A stretch of 64,000 bases of DNA from an uncultured Rickettsiales bacterium (lineage in GTDB: Bacteria; Myxococcota_A; UBA796; UBA9615; CAYRNR01). The position numbers and the translations under genes were made by a program. Below the pieces are notes generated by a model that worked only from the letters and a program-made list of their open reading frames with translations, was not told the origin of the DNA and did no database searches. This document shows positions 53,358-61,752 of the stretch, piece by piece (within the stretch, counting starts at the first letter, position 1; every line of letters starts with the position of its first letter). The stretch is taken from the NCBI GenBank assembly GCA_964504165.1, contig CAZDDH010000002.1:24327-88326 (forward strand), given 5' to 3'.

Positions 53358-53933
53358 TCAACCGGCGTCGGGGAGGGTCTCCATTTCCTGCGGGCGGACG
53401 ACCGTGACCCGGATCTCGCCGATCATGTCGGACTTCTTCTCCACGCGCCGCAGGGAGATCTGCCGCAGTCCCCAGTAGTGCACCAGCCGGATCTCCATAG
53501 TGGAATCGATGCGTTCGGGGAGACGCAGAGGGAATCCACAGACACCCATCGCCGTGGAGGGGTCCATCGGTGCATCGAAGGTGTAGGAGATGTACTGGAT
53601 CCGCCCCTGATAGACGTGGACCTGCCGGTTCCCGAAGTCGATCTGGGTGATGCCCCAGCGTTCATCGGCCTGGCGCCCAAGCTCCGTGCCCAGCTGGTCG
53701 GCGATTACCTCTGGGGCCAGGGAATCCCAGCTGCGGCCGGCCAGGTAAGGGATGTCGATGTGTAACCCTTCGGCTTTCACGTAGGCGGGGGCCGAGTTCG
53801 CCCGTTCCTCCCGCTCCTGGGCTTCCTGGATCAAGCTGGTCTGGGGTGCATCCGACGGGCACGCGGACAAGAATAGCAACAGCGACGCGATGACCAGGGC
53901 GTAACGTCGGCAACCGGCAGGTAGGGTTCGCAT
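53358..53933 (-). CDS. Hypothetical lipoprotein
   Basis: MRTLPAGCRRYALVIASLLLFLSAC-PSD lipobox. The longer track ORF is an antisense shadow of trmB. Confidence 0.65.
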   Translation of the reverse strand: MRTLPAGCRRYALVIASLLLFLSACPSDAPQTSLIQEAQEREERANSAPAYVKAEGLHIDIPYLAGRSWDSLAPEVIADQLGTELGRQADERWGITQIDFGNRQVHVYQGRIQYISYTFDAPMDPSTAMGVCGFPLRLPERIDSTMEIRLVHYWGLRQISLRRVEKKSDMIGEIRVTVVRPQEMETLPDAG

Positions 53934-53999
53934 CCTCTGAGAAGTAAGGTACAAGCTGTTCCCGGGCAGCGCAAAGGTTGCTGGCCCGACGAGGTCGCC

Positions 54000-54785
54000 G
54001 TGAACGACGAAACGAACCACGACGCCGGAGCACTCAAGGGGCGCGGCGGCATCTCCACCGACGAGGTCGTGGCCGGCCGGCGTACCCTGCCGCCGGGCTT
54101 CGGCGAACACTCCAGGGACAAGGCCTTCACCAATCAGTACATCGAGATGCTGGCCGAGTACCCGGATCTCATTCTCCAGGGCGAGGCGGCCGAGGCCTGC
54201 TGTGGCAGCTGGTTGCCCCGAGCCAGCGAGCGAGACGGTGTGGACTACCGTGCGCTGGAGCTGGAGATCGGCAGCGGCAACGGCTTCTACCTGCGGGGTA
54301 TGTGCCAGCGCCACCCGGACCGGCTCTTCGTGGGCGTGGAGATCCGTTACAAGCGCGTCTGGATGGCCGCCAAGAAGCTGCACGTCGCGGGCCTGACCAA
54401 CGGGCGCGTGGTCCTGCATCACGCCGGCTACCTGGCCCGGCTGTTCACCCCCGGAGAGCTGTCCGCCATCCACATCAACCACCCCGACCCCTGGCCCAAG
54501 GACCGCCACGCCGGCAACCGCCTGTTCAACGCCGGCTTTGCCGAGCAGTGCCACGGCTTGCTCTCCCCGGGAGGCCTGATCCAGATCAAGAGCGATTTTG
54601 CCCCCCACGCGCCGGAAGCCCGGCGCCACTTCGAGGCCGCCGGCTTCGAGGAGACCGCCTTCACCCCGGATCTGCACAGGCCGGGCGAGCCTCTGGCCGA
54701 AGGCAACATCGTCACCAACTACGAGCGCAAGTTCATGGAGAGTGGGGAGCCGGTGTTCCTGCAGCGGTTCGTGAAGCGAAGGTAA
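54000..54785 (+). CDS. trmB: tRNA (guanine-N7)-methyltransferase
   Basis: LEIGSGNG, GVEI, HPDPWPK.RH, KSD and TNYERKF. Confidence 0.92.
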   Translation: MNDETNHDAGALKGRGGISTDEVVAGRRTLPPGFGEHSRDKAFTNQYIEMLAEYPDLILQGEAAEACCGSWLPRASERDGVDYRALELEIGSGNGFYLRGMCQRHPDRLFVGVEIRYKRVWMAAKKLHVAGLTNGRVVLHHAGYLARLFTPGELSAIHINHPDPWPKDRHAGNRLFNAGFAEQCHGLLSPGGLIQIKSDFAPHAPEARRHFEAAGFEETAFTPDLHRPGEPLAEGNIVTNYERKFMESGEPVFLQRFVKRR

Positions 54786-54787
54786 CG

Positions 54788-55795
54788 TCACAGTTCTGGG
54801 ATCAGATGCTCGATCCCCTCTAACCGGACCCCCGACTGGGCCCCCAGTACCTGGATCACCCGCGATGCATAGTAGTTGCCGATGCGGGCGCAGGTCGGTA
54901 GGGCCAGCTCCTGGCACAGACCGTAGAGGAAGCCGGCCTGGAAGGCGTCGCCGGCGCCGTTGGTGTCCAGGGGGCGATCGACGGCCTCCGTACGCACCAG
55001 GATCGACTCGCCGCCGGTCCGGATCAGGCAGCCGTCGGCACCCAGCTTGACCACGACTACCTCGGCGAAGGGATCCAGGCGCTGGCCCAGGTCCATCCGA
55101 TCACAGCCGGGATCGCTGTACCGCGTGGCCTCGTCCTGGTTGGCGAAGACGACATGGACTCCGGCGGCCAGCTGAGCCTCGATGACCTCGCGGTGCAGGT
55201 CCAGCAGGCGGGCGTCAGCCAGGTCGAAGGAGATGCGGCCGCCCATCTCCGCGACCTTGCGGTGGGCGGTACGGGTCGCCTCGCTGAGGGGATGGTCCCC
55301 GCGCAGCTCGTAGGCGCTGTAGTGCAAGTAACGGGTATCGGCCATCACCTCGTAGAGCAGCTCGTACTCCATCAGCTGCTTGGTCACCCCGAAGTCGACG
55401 CCGAAGGTACGCTCGCCGTCGGGGGTGACGAGGGTGTAGGCGATGCCGCTGCGGCCCTCCTTGATGGACACGAAGGTCTCGATGCCGTTGTCCCGGAGCC
55501 GGGCGATGTAGGCGTAACCGTTGTCGTCGTTACCCACGCAGCCGATGAAGGCGCAGCTCAGGTTGAGGCGTGACGCTCCGTGGGCCGTGTTGGCAGGTGA
55601 TCCGCCAGCGGTGATGATGACGTCGTCGGGGGCCTTGGCAAAATGCGCCTCGAGCTTGCACCGCAGCGTTTCGTCGACGGCAAAGCTGCGCCCCTTGAAC
55701 AGGCCCAGCTCGGCCACCTGGGACTCGTCCACCAGCAAGATGTAGTCCGTCAACGCATCGGAGATGGCGCACACGTCGTATCGATAGTCGCTCAA
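54788..55795 (-). CDS. PfkB-family carbohydrate/nucleoside (adenosine) kinase
   Basis: GGSPANT, G.VGND..G, TPDGERTF, FAN..EA and DTNGAGDAF.AGFLYG. Confidence 0.9.
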   Translation of the reverse strand: MSDYRYDVCAISDALTDYILLVDESQVAELGLFKGRSFAVDETLRCKLEAHFAKAPDDVIITAGGSPANTAHGASRLNLSCAFIGCVGNDDNGYAYIARLRDNGIETFVSIKEGRSGIAYTLVTPDGERTFGVDFGVTKQLMEYELLYEVMADTRYLHYSAYELRGDHPLSEATRTAHRKVAEMGGRISFDLADARLLDLHREVIEAQLAAGVHVVFANQDEATRYSDPGCDRMDLGQRLDPFAEVVVVKLGADGCLIRTGGESILVRTEAVDRPLDTNGAGDAFQAGFLYGLCQELALPTCARIGNYYASRVIQVLGAQSGVRLEGIEHLIPEL

Positions 55796-55819
55796 AGGGT
55801 GCCTCTCGACGAAGCGGCG

Positions 55820-57445
55820 CTAGCGCCGGTACCAGCCGTTGTCGCCGTGTACTAGCAGCACGCCGACGTGTCCGCCAGCGGGAACCATGATATCCCCGGA
55901 CCAGAGCAGCCCGGCCGCCGAATTCTCCACCTGCAGGCGCCAGCTGCCCGCCGGGATCTCCGCCCGCACGAACGGGGCGTGCCGTTCACCCCAGTCCGGC
56001 GCGTTGCAACGCACGTTCCCCGTACTGTTCTCGACGATCACCGACAGGGCGCCCGCCGCGGCCAGGGCCGGCTCGGCGGGTTCTTCGGCCGGGGCTTCGG
56101 TGGGGAGCTCGGCCAGGATCTCGGTGGGGGTGTCGGCCGGGACCACGACCCGGGCCTCCCGTGGAATCCTGTCGGTCTCGCTCCCGGTAGCAGACACGCT
56201 CGCGGGAGCGGGCTGTTCGACGGGAGCGGGCGTCGGCGTGGCCTCGGGCTCGACGGTCGCTGCGGACGGAGGCGCCCCCTCCACCGGTGCAGCGTCGTCC
56301 GTGGCCCCGCCCGGTGCCTCCCCTCCCCTCGTGACCCCCAGGAACACCAGCCATCCGGCCAGCACCACCGCAACGGGCGCCGCGATCCAGGCCCACCGCC
56401 GCCGGCCGCCCCGGCTCAACTCCGCGGTCTGGCGAGCCGGAGAGGACGCCCGGGTCACCAGCGTCTGCATGTGCCCCCGGGGCCCCGTTGGGTCGGCCAC
56501 GGTTGCGCCAGGCGGGGCACAGGTCACCGCCTCGCCCCCGGCACCGGGCCTCACCAGCGACATCAACTCGGCCAGTCGTTCCTGCCCCGACTCCAGGTCA
56601 TGGGCCCCCGCCGCCAGCTCCTGGCGCATGCTCCGGGCATCGGGATATCGGTCGCGGACATCCGTGGCCAGGGCCCGGCGGAGCACGGGGAACAGGTCTT
56701 CGGGGAGTTGGCCTACCCGCTCCTCCACCGCGGTCAGCGCGCCCCGCCGCGCCGACTCCAGCACCGCCAGCTCGGCGTCCCCCGCCAGGGCCCGCTCCCC
56801 GGTCAGCAGCTCGAACAACAACAGGCCCACGGCGTACAGATCCGAGCGCCCGTCCAGCGCCCCGGCCTTCGCCTGCTCCGGGCTCATGTAGGCGATCTTG
56901 CCCTTGAGCCCTGCGCGGCTCACGTGGTCCGCCGCATCGGTGTGGGCGATGCCGAAATCGGTGAGCTTGACCCGCCCGTCCTCGCTCACCATCACGTTAG
57001 CCGGGCTCACGTCGCGGTGCACGATGCCCAGGGGCCGCCCCCCGTCGTCACGCGCGTCGTGGGCATAGGCCAGGGCCGCCAGCACCTCGCGGCAGATGTG
57101 GGCCGCCAGCCGGGGTGGGATCCGCACCCCTCCCCGCGCGGCAGCACCGATGAGCACGGATAGATCACACCCCTGGATCCGTTCCAGGGCCATGAAGTAG
57201 CCGTCGTCGTCCCGCCCCAGCTCCAGCACCTGCACGATGTTGGGGTGATCCAGCTGGACCGTGGTCTTCGCCTCCCGCACGAGCATCTCGACGAAACCCT
57301 GCTGGCGGGTCAGGTGGCTGTGGATTCGCTTGAGGACCACCGGCTTACGGAACCCCTCCGCCCCCTCGGCGTAGCCGGCCCAGACCACCGCCATACCGCC
57401 GGCGCCCAGCTTCTGAGTCAGGTGATAGCGGCCCGGAGGAGTCAT
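55820..57445 (-). CDS. Membrane Ser/Thr protein kinase (myxobacterial type)
   Basis: LGAGGMAVV, HRDVSPAN, DFGIA, KGK.AYMSPEQ and DGRSDLY; TM helix, Pro/Ala/Glu linker and PEGA-like C-terminus; ATGA-coupled start. Confidence 0.92.
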   Translation of the reverse strand: MTPPGRYHLTQKLGAGGMAVVWAGYAEGAEGFRKPVVLKRIHSHLTRQQGFVEMLVREAKTTVQLDHPNIVQVLELGRDDDGYFMALERIQGCDLSVLIGAAARGGVRIPPRLAAHICREVLAALAYAHDARDDGGRPLGIVHRDVSPANVMVSEDGRVKLTDFGIAHTDAADHVSRAGLKGKIAYMSPEQAKAGALDGRSDLYAVGLLLFELLTGERALAGDAELAVLESARRGALTAVEERVGQLPEDLFPVLRRALATDVRDRYPDARSMRQELAAGAHDLESGQERLAELMSLVRPGAGGEAVTCAPPGATVADPTGPRGHMQTLVTRASSPARQTAELSRGGRRRWAWIAAPVAVVLAGWLVFLGVTRGGEAPGGATDDAAPVEGAPPSAATVEPEATPTPAPVEQPAPASVSATGSETDRIPREARVVVPADTPTEILAELPTEAPAEEPAEPALAAAGALSVIVENSTGNVRCNAPDWGERHAPFVRAEIPAGSWRLQVENSAAGLLWSGDIMVPAGGHVGVLLVHGDNGWYRR

Positions 57446-58548
57446 TCGTCTGCGGGCGCCTCGGACGGCGGTCCCCCGGACGACGGTGGACCCCCACCCT
57501 CCCGCATCTCCTTGGCGAACTGGGCGATCTTGCGGAACGACATCTGGTCGATCCACAGGAAGATCACCCCCAGGGAGCAAAGGATGGCCAGCGTGGAGGT
57601 GTGCAGCACCACGGCGTACGCCGCGGCCGGATCCTTGTCCACGCCGTAGAGGGCCAGCCCGCCGATGATGAAGGCCTCGAAGATGCCGGCGAACAGGGGC
57701 GGCGCCGGCAGCAGGATGCCGATGATCAACACCACCAGCAGCACCAGGCCCGCCATCAAGCCCAGCCCCTCGAAGTTGAACGCCATGCACAAAAACCACA
57801 TGCCCATGGCGTTGACCAGCCATAGCACCACCGTCGTGACCGTCATGTTGATGCCGAAGCGCCAGTCCTTCATGGTCTGGACCCCCTCCAGGAAGGAGCG
57901 GATCAGGCCGGTCAGGCGGAAGGCCAGGCCCTTGTGGAACCGGCCGACGATGGCTTCCGTCCACGAGACAGCGCGCTCCCCCAGCACCAAGAAGGCCAGC
58001 AGGCAGCCGCCAAACGGCACCATCGCGATGGCCACCGCCTTGCGCCCCTCGTCCACGAAGCTGACGGTCCAGTCCCCGATCATGAAGGTGGCCAGCGGGA
58101 TGTCGGCGAACAGCACGGCGAGGGTGAAGCAGGCCCCGAGGCCCATGATGTCGAGCGTGCGCTCCATCACCACGGTGTACATGCCGCTGCCGAACGGGAT
58201 GTCCTTACGCTCCAGCAGCAGGTACGGCCGGGCGAACTCCCCCAGCCGGAACGGGAGCGCCTGGATGGCCAGGAACCCCACCGCGGTGATGCTGAACGCC
58301 TCGCGGAAGGTGATGGGCTTGACCCGGCGGATGATGAGATACCAGCGGAAGGCCCGCACGGTGTGGAGCAGCGTGAACATGCCGCAAGCGCCCAGCCACC
58401 ACCCCACCGACACCCCTCGGATGGCGCCCCAGAAGATATCGAAATCCACGTTCCAGAACAGCACCAGCAGGATCCCCACCCCCAGTGCGATGCTGAGGAT
58501 CAGGCGGATCAACCTCTTCCAGTTTGGGAGGGCGGGGCCGCTGCTCAT
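57442..58548 (-). CDS. Lysylphosphatidylglycerol synthase TM-domain / flippase-like protein (UPF0104)
   Basis: RA.RW, LPFRLGE..R, ER..D and P.P...G.FE; multiple TM helices. Confidence 0.85.
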   Translation of the reverse strand: MSSGPALPNWKRLIRLILSIALGVGILLVLFWNVDFDIFWGAIRGVSVGWWLGACGMFTLLHTVRAFRWYLIIRRVKPITFREAFSITAVGFLAIQALPFRLGEFARPYLLLERKDIPFGSGMYTVVMERTLDIMGLGACFTLAVLFADIPLATFMIGDWTVSFVDEGRKAVAIAMVPFGGCLLAFLVLGERAVSWTEAIVGRFHKGLAFRLTGLIRSFLEGVQTMKDWRFGINMTVTTVVLWLVNAMGMWFLCMAFNFEGLGLMAGLVLLVVLIIGILLPAPPLFAGIFEAFIIGGLALYGVDKDPAAAYAVVLHTSTLAILCSLGVIFLWIDQMSFRKIAQFAKEMREGGGPPSSGGPPSEAPADE

Positions 58549-60419
58549 CGACAGAGGATACCTCCGGTACGCTTTCGCCGCCGGGCGGCGGCCCACACGA
58601 GCCCCACGATTCCCAGCAGTACGGCGCCTCGGGAGGAGCCCGTGTGGGGTGCCAGCTGGCACCCGCCGTTGGATGGCGCGAAGCCCGCGGGATCCGTGCT
58701 CTCCAGGTACTCGTCCAGGTTGGCCACGCCGTCGCCGTCCAGGTCGTCGAGGGAGTCGTCCACGTAGGGATCGAGGAAATGAAACCGCTCCCACAGGTCG
58801 TCCATCCCGTCCCCGTCCTCGTCCCGGGGGAGCTCCAGGTCGGCGGTGGCCTCCTCCCCCACCGCGATGTCGAGGATCGTCGCGTCCTCGATGCGGCGGG
58901 CGTTCCCGCTGTAGGTCGTGACCCAGCCCGGATCCCCGATGCAATACCGGTAGGGCTCGGCCATCAGCTGGTATTCACCGGGGGCCATGCCGCCGAAGCG
59001 GTAGATCCCCTCCTCGTCGGTGGTCTTGAGCTTGGTCGTGCCGTCGGCGACGTTCAGCGCCGTGACGTAGATCCGGCCCAGCAGGCGGCCCGAGTTGGCC
59101 TCGGCGACCGTCCCGGTGAGGACCGCGGCCTCCGGAAGGGCGATGGAGCCCACGTCCGTCTCCTCGCCGGGAGCCATCTCGAACAGATCCCCGTCCAGCA
59201 TGCTGGTGCACAGCTGTTCGCCGCACAGGTAGCCGGTCATGAAGTGATCGTCCTGGGGCTGCAGGTAGAGCCTATGCTCCCCTTCCCCCAGCGCATCCGC
59301 CCGGAAGGCACCGTCCTCGTCGCTGGTGGTGCTCGTGTAGAGGCCGCCCTCCATCGCCATCGCCCGGATCGAGACGCCCTCCAGGGGGACGCCGCCCCCG
59401 GTCACCGTGCCGCTCAGCACCGCCTCCGGGGCCAGGTGGACCTCCACCCCCTCGGTGAGCCCGTCCTCCGGCACCTCCACCGGATCTGCCAGCACCTGGC
59501 TGGCCAGCCCGCTGCTGCTGGCCTGGACCGTGTAGTCCCCCGGAGCCAGCCCCGCCGCCGAGAACGTGCCGTCCCCCGCCACCGTGGTGTTGGCCTGGAT
59601 CCAGGTCTCGACGGCGTGGCGCACGTAGACCGTGCCGCCGGTGACCGGCAGGCCCTCGTCGTCGAACACCGTGCCGTCCAGCTGCCCCCCGACGGGGATG
59701 GCCAGGTCCACGCCAGCGGTGACCTCCTCCCGCAGGGCTTCGACGAATTCCTGGTCGTCGTCGAAGTAGACGCCGGGGTAGTAGATCACCGGGCGCCCGG
59801 TCACCGAGACCTGGATCTCGTAGTTGCCGGGCACGGGGATCATCGACTCGGCATCCTCGATGGCCGAATCCAGCCCCACCACCTGGAAATGGCCGTCGGC
59901 GTCCGTATAGGTAGTGGGGTCGATGTTGCTGTTGTAGTAGTCCTGACCGGACACGTCGATGCGGGCGTCGGCGATGGGATCGCCGGTGGCGGCGTCGGTG
60001 ACCGTGCCCTCGATGGTGCCCCCGTGGGGCAGCCGGAAATCGATGCCGGAGACGGTCGTGTCCCAGCGCATGTCCACGGTCTGCCCCAGGCAGTAGAAGT
60101 AGGTGTCGTTGTAGTACGCACCGATGAAGGGCTGCTCGTCCAGGGGCCAGGCCTTGAGGCGGTAGAAGTCCTCCGGGAGGTCCGGAGCGGTGTAGTAGCC
60201 GTCCGCGTCCGTGTAGAAGATCTCGTACTGGGCCCGTTCGTCGAAGACCACCACGGGGATGCCCTCGATGGGCTCCCCTTCCGGATAGGTCACCACCCGG
60301 CCCTCGACGGTCGTGGGCGGCTCGACCTGCTCGGGGCGCGCCGAGTCATCGTCGTCCCCCCCGCTGTTGCAGCCGGCGAAGAGCGCGAACACCACCAGCA
60401 AATGGAGCAAACGAGTCAT
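58545..60419 (-). CDS. Surface protein with carboxypeptidase-regulatory-like beta-sandwich repeats, Ca-binding DxDxDG motifs and a MYXO-CTERM-like tail
   Basis: Lipobox FAGC; repeats G.V.D...G.P...TD.DG.[YF]...GL..G.Y; DEDGDGMDD and DLDGDG; tail GGC...TM...RRRKR. Confidence 0.8.
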   Translation of the reverse strand: MTRLLHLLVVFALFAGCNSGGDDDDSARPEQVEPPTTVEGRVVTYPEGEPIEGIPVVVFDERAQYEIFYTDADGYYTAPDLPEDFYRLKAWPLDEQPFIGAYYNDTYFYCLGQTVDMRWDTTVSGIDFRLPHGGTIEGTVTDAATGDPIADARIDVSGQDYYNSNIDPTTYTDADGHFQVVGLDSAIEDAESMIPVPGNYEIQVSVTGRPVIYYPGVYFDDDQEFVEALREEVTAGVDLAIPVGGQLDGTVFDDEGLPVTGGTVYVRHAVETWIQANTTVAGDGTFSAAGLAPGDYTVQASSSGLASQVLADPVEVPEDGLTEGVEVHLAPEAVLSGTVTGGGVPLEGVSIRAMAMEGGLYTSTTSDEDGAFRADALGEGEHRLYLQPQDDHFMTGYLCGEQLCTSMLDGDLFEMAPGEETDVGSIALPEAAVLTGTVAEANSGRLLGRIYVTALNVADGTTKLKTTDEEGIYRFGGMAPGEYQLMAEPYRYCIGDPGWVTTYSGNARRIEDATILDIAVGEEATADLELPRDEDGDGMDDLWERFHFLDPYVDDSLDDLDGDGVANLDEYLESTDPAGFAPSNGGCQLAPHTGSSRGAVLLGIVGLVWAAARRRKRTGGILCR

Positions 60420-61654
60420 CCCATGGACCCCTCGACGATGTTGGGGATCGACCGCTCCTCGGGCTCGTCCAGCTCCTCGTCGAGCTGGCGGTCGATGCGC
60501 TCCGCCAGCGCCCGGGAAAAACGGAACGCCGTGGCTACCGCTGCGGGGTTGAGGGCGCGTATCCGATCGCGAGCCGTGTGCACCGGCGTGGCCGGCTGCC
60601 CCCGGCGCAAACCCTTGAGGGTGATGGCCGGGTATCCCCGCCCCGCCGCGACCCCGGCATCGCTGCGCCCGATCAGGGTGAAGGGCCGGATGCGGTGGAA
60701 CGGCTCCTTGCGGGCCAGCAGGGCCGCCAGCCCCGGCAGCAAGGGGTGGTAGCTCTGGGGGCTCGGGCAACGCTCGCCCACGGCAAAGCACAGGGTGCCC
60801 GCGCCCACGTCGTCCACGTTGACCACGAAGGTGTTGTGCTGGGGCAGCTGGCGGCCGAAGGTGGCCAGGAACGCCTCCATCCCCCCGCAGCCGGCCTCCC
60901 GGGATCCGGTCACCAGGAAGCAGACCTCTGCGTTGCGGGTGGGCCGCTTGGTGAAGTACTCGGCCAGGGCCGCGACGACCGCCAGGCCAGAACCGTTGTC
61001 GTTGGCACCCGCCGCCGGGCGGGGGAGCATCCAGTCCAATGAAAGCAAGGTCAACAGCAAGAAAAATGCTATAGGAACCAACAAGAACATATCTAATAGC
61101 TCAAGGTTTACTTCAGGTAATCGGAGCACGATCAGGATCACCTGCAAGCCGGCCATCGACAGCACCAACTTGAGGGGATGCATCTTCCAGCGGCCATCGG
61201 CGCCGCGGAAGGCCCGACTCAGCAGGCCGTTGTGGATCAGGCCACGACGGGCCACGTCGCCGTGGGCCACGAACAGGATTCGCGGCGTATCGCCGTCCTC
61301 GTCTTGCACCTTGCGGGCGATGAGGTTGCTGGAGATGGATTTGGGCAGGAACCAGCGGATCAGGCGCCGGCGGTAGCGCGCTTCACCGATCCAGGAGATC
61401 AGGCCCACCGCCGTGAGGATCAGCCCGGGGATCGGGTGCTTGGCGGCCCACATGCCCCCGGCCAGCAACATCACCGAGTGGGCGAACAGCAGCACGGCCG
61501 GATTGGTATGGCAGACACAGCCCTCGACGCGCGACCGGTACCCCGAACGACGGAACAGCCCGGCCATCGCCTCCTGGCTGGCCCGTTCACCCGGCCCGCC
61601 CGAAAAACGATCTTCGAACTGCTCCAGCTGCTCGATGAACGGCCGTACTTCCAC
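60416..61654 (-). CDS. Membrane-bound M28-family metallopeptidase homolog
   Basis: AHGD, GANDNGSG, TGSREAG, NVDDVG, SD and H...D motifs; four TM helices. Confidence 0.8.
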   Translation of the reverse strand: MEVRPFIEQLEQFEDRFSGGPGERASQEAMAGLFRRSGYRSRVEGCVCHTNPAVLLFAHSVMLLAGGMWAAKHPIPGLILTAVGLISWIGEARYRRRLIRWFLPKSISSNLIARKVQDEDGDTPRILFVAHGDVARRGLIHNGLLSRAFRGADGRWKMHPLKLVLSMAGLQVILIVLRLPEVNLELLDMFLLVPIAFFLLLTLLSLDWMLPRPAAGANDNGSGLAVVAALAEYFTKRPTRNAEVCFLVTGSREAGCGGMEAFLATFGRQLPQHNTFVVNVDDVGAGTLCFAVGERCPSPQSYHPLLPGLAALLARKEPFHRIRPFTLIGRSDAGVAAGRGYPAITLKGLRRGQPATPVHTARDRIRALNPAAVATAFRFSRALAERIDRQLDEELDEPEERSIPNIVEGSMG

Positions 61655-61752
61655 GCCTGACCCTCGATTCCAGAGCTCTCAGCACCCCGGACGCCACAAT
61701 GTAGCATGACAGGGCCCGGCAGCAGCGGCCGCAGCCGAGTAAACTCGCTCCA

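Noticed and set aside
53934-54917. Long 5' extensions of track ORFs (53358-54917; also 55820-57964, 57442-58944, 58545-60791, 36649-37560, 51352-52107, 28748-30130)
   Set aside because: They overlap well-supported neighbouring genes. Internal starts with an RBS or stop/start coupling fit the family N-termini.
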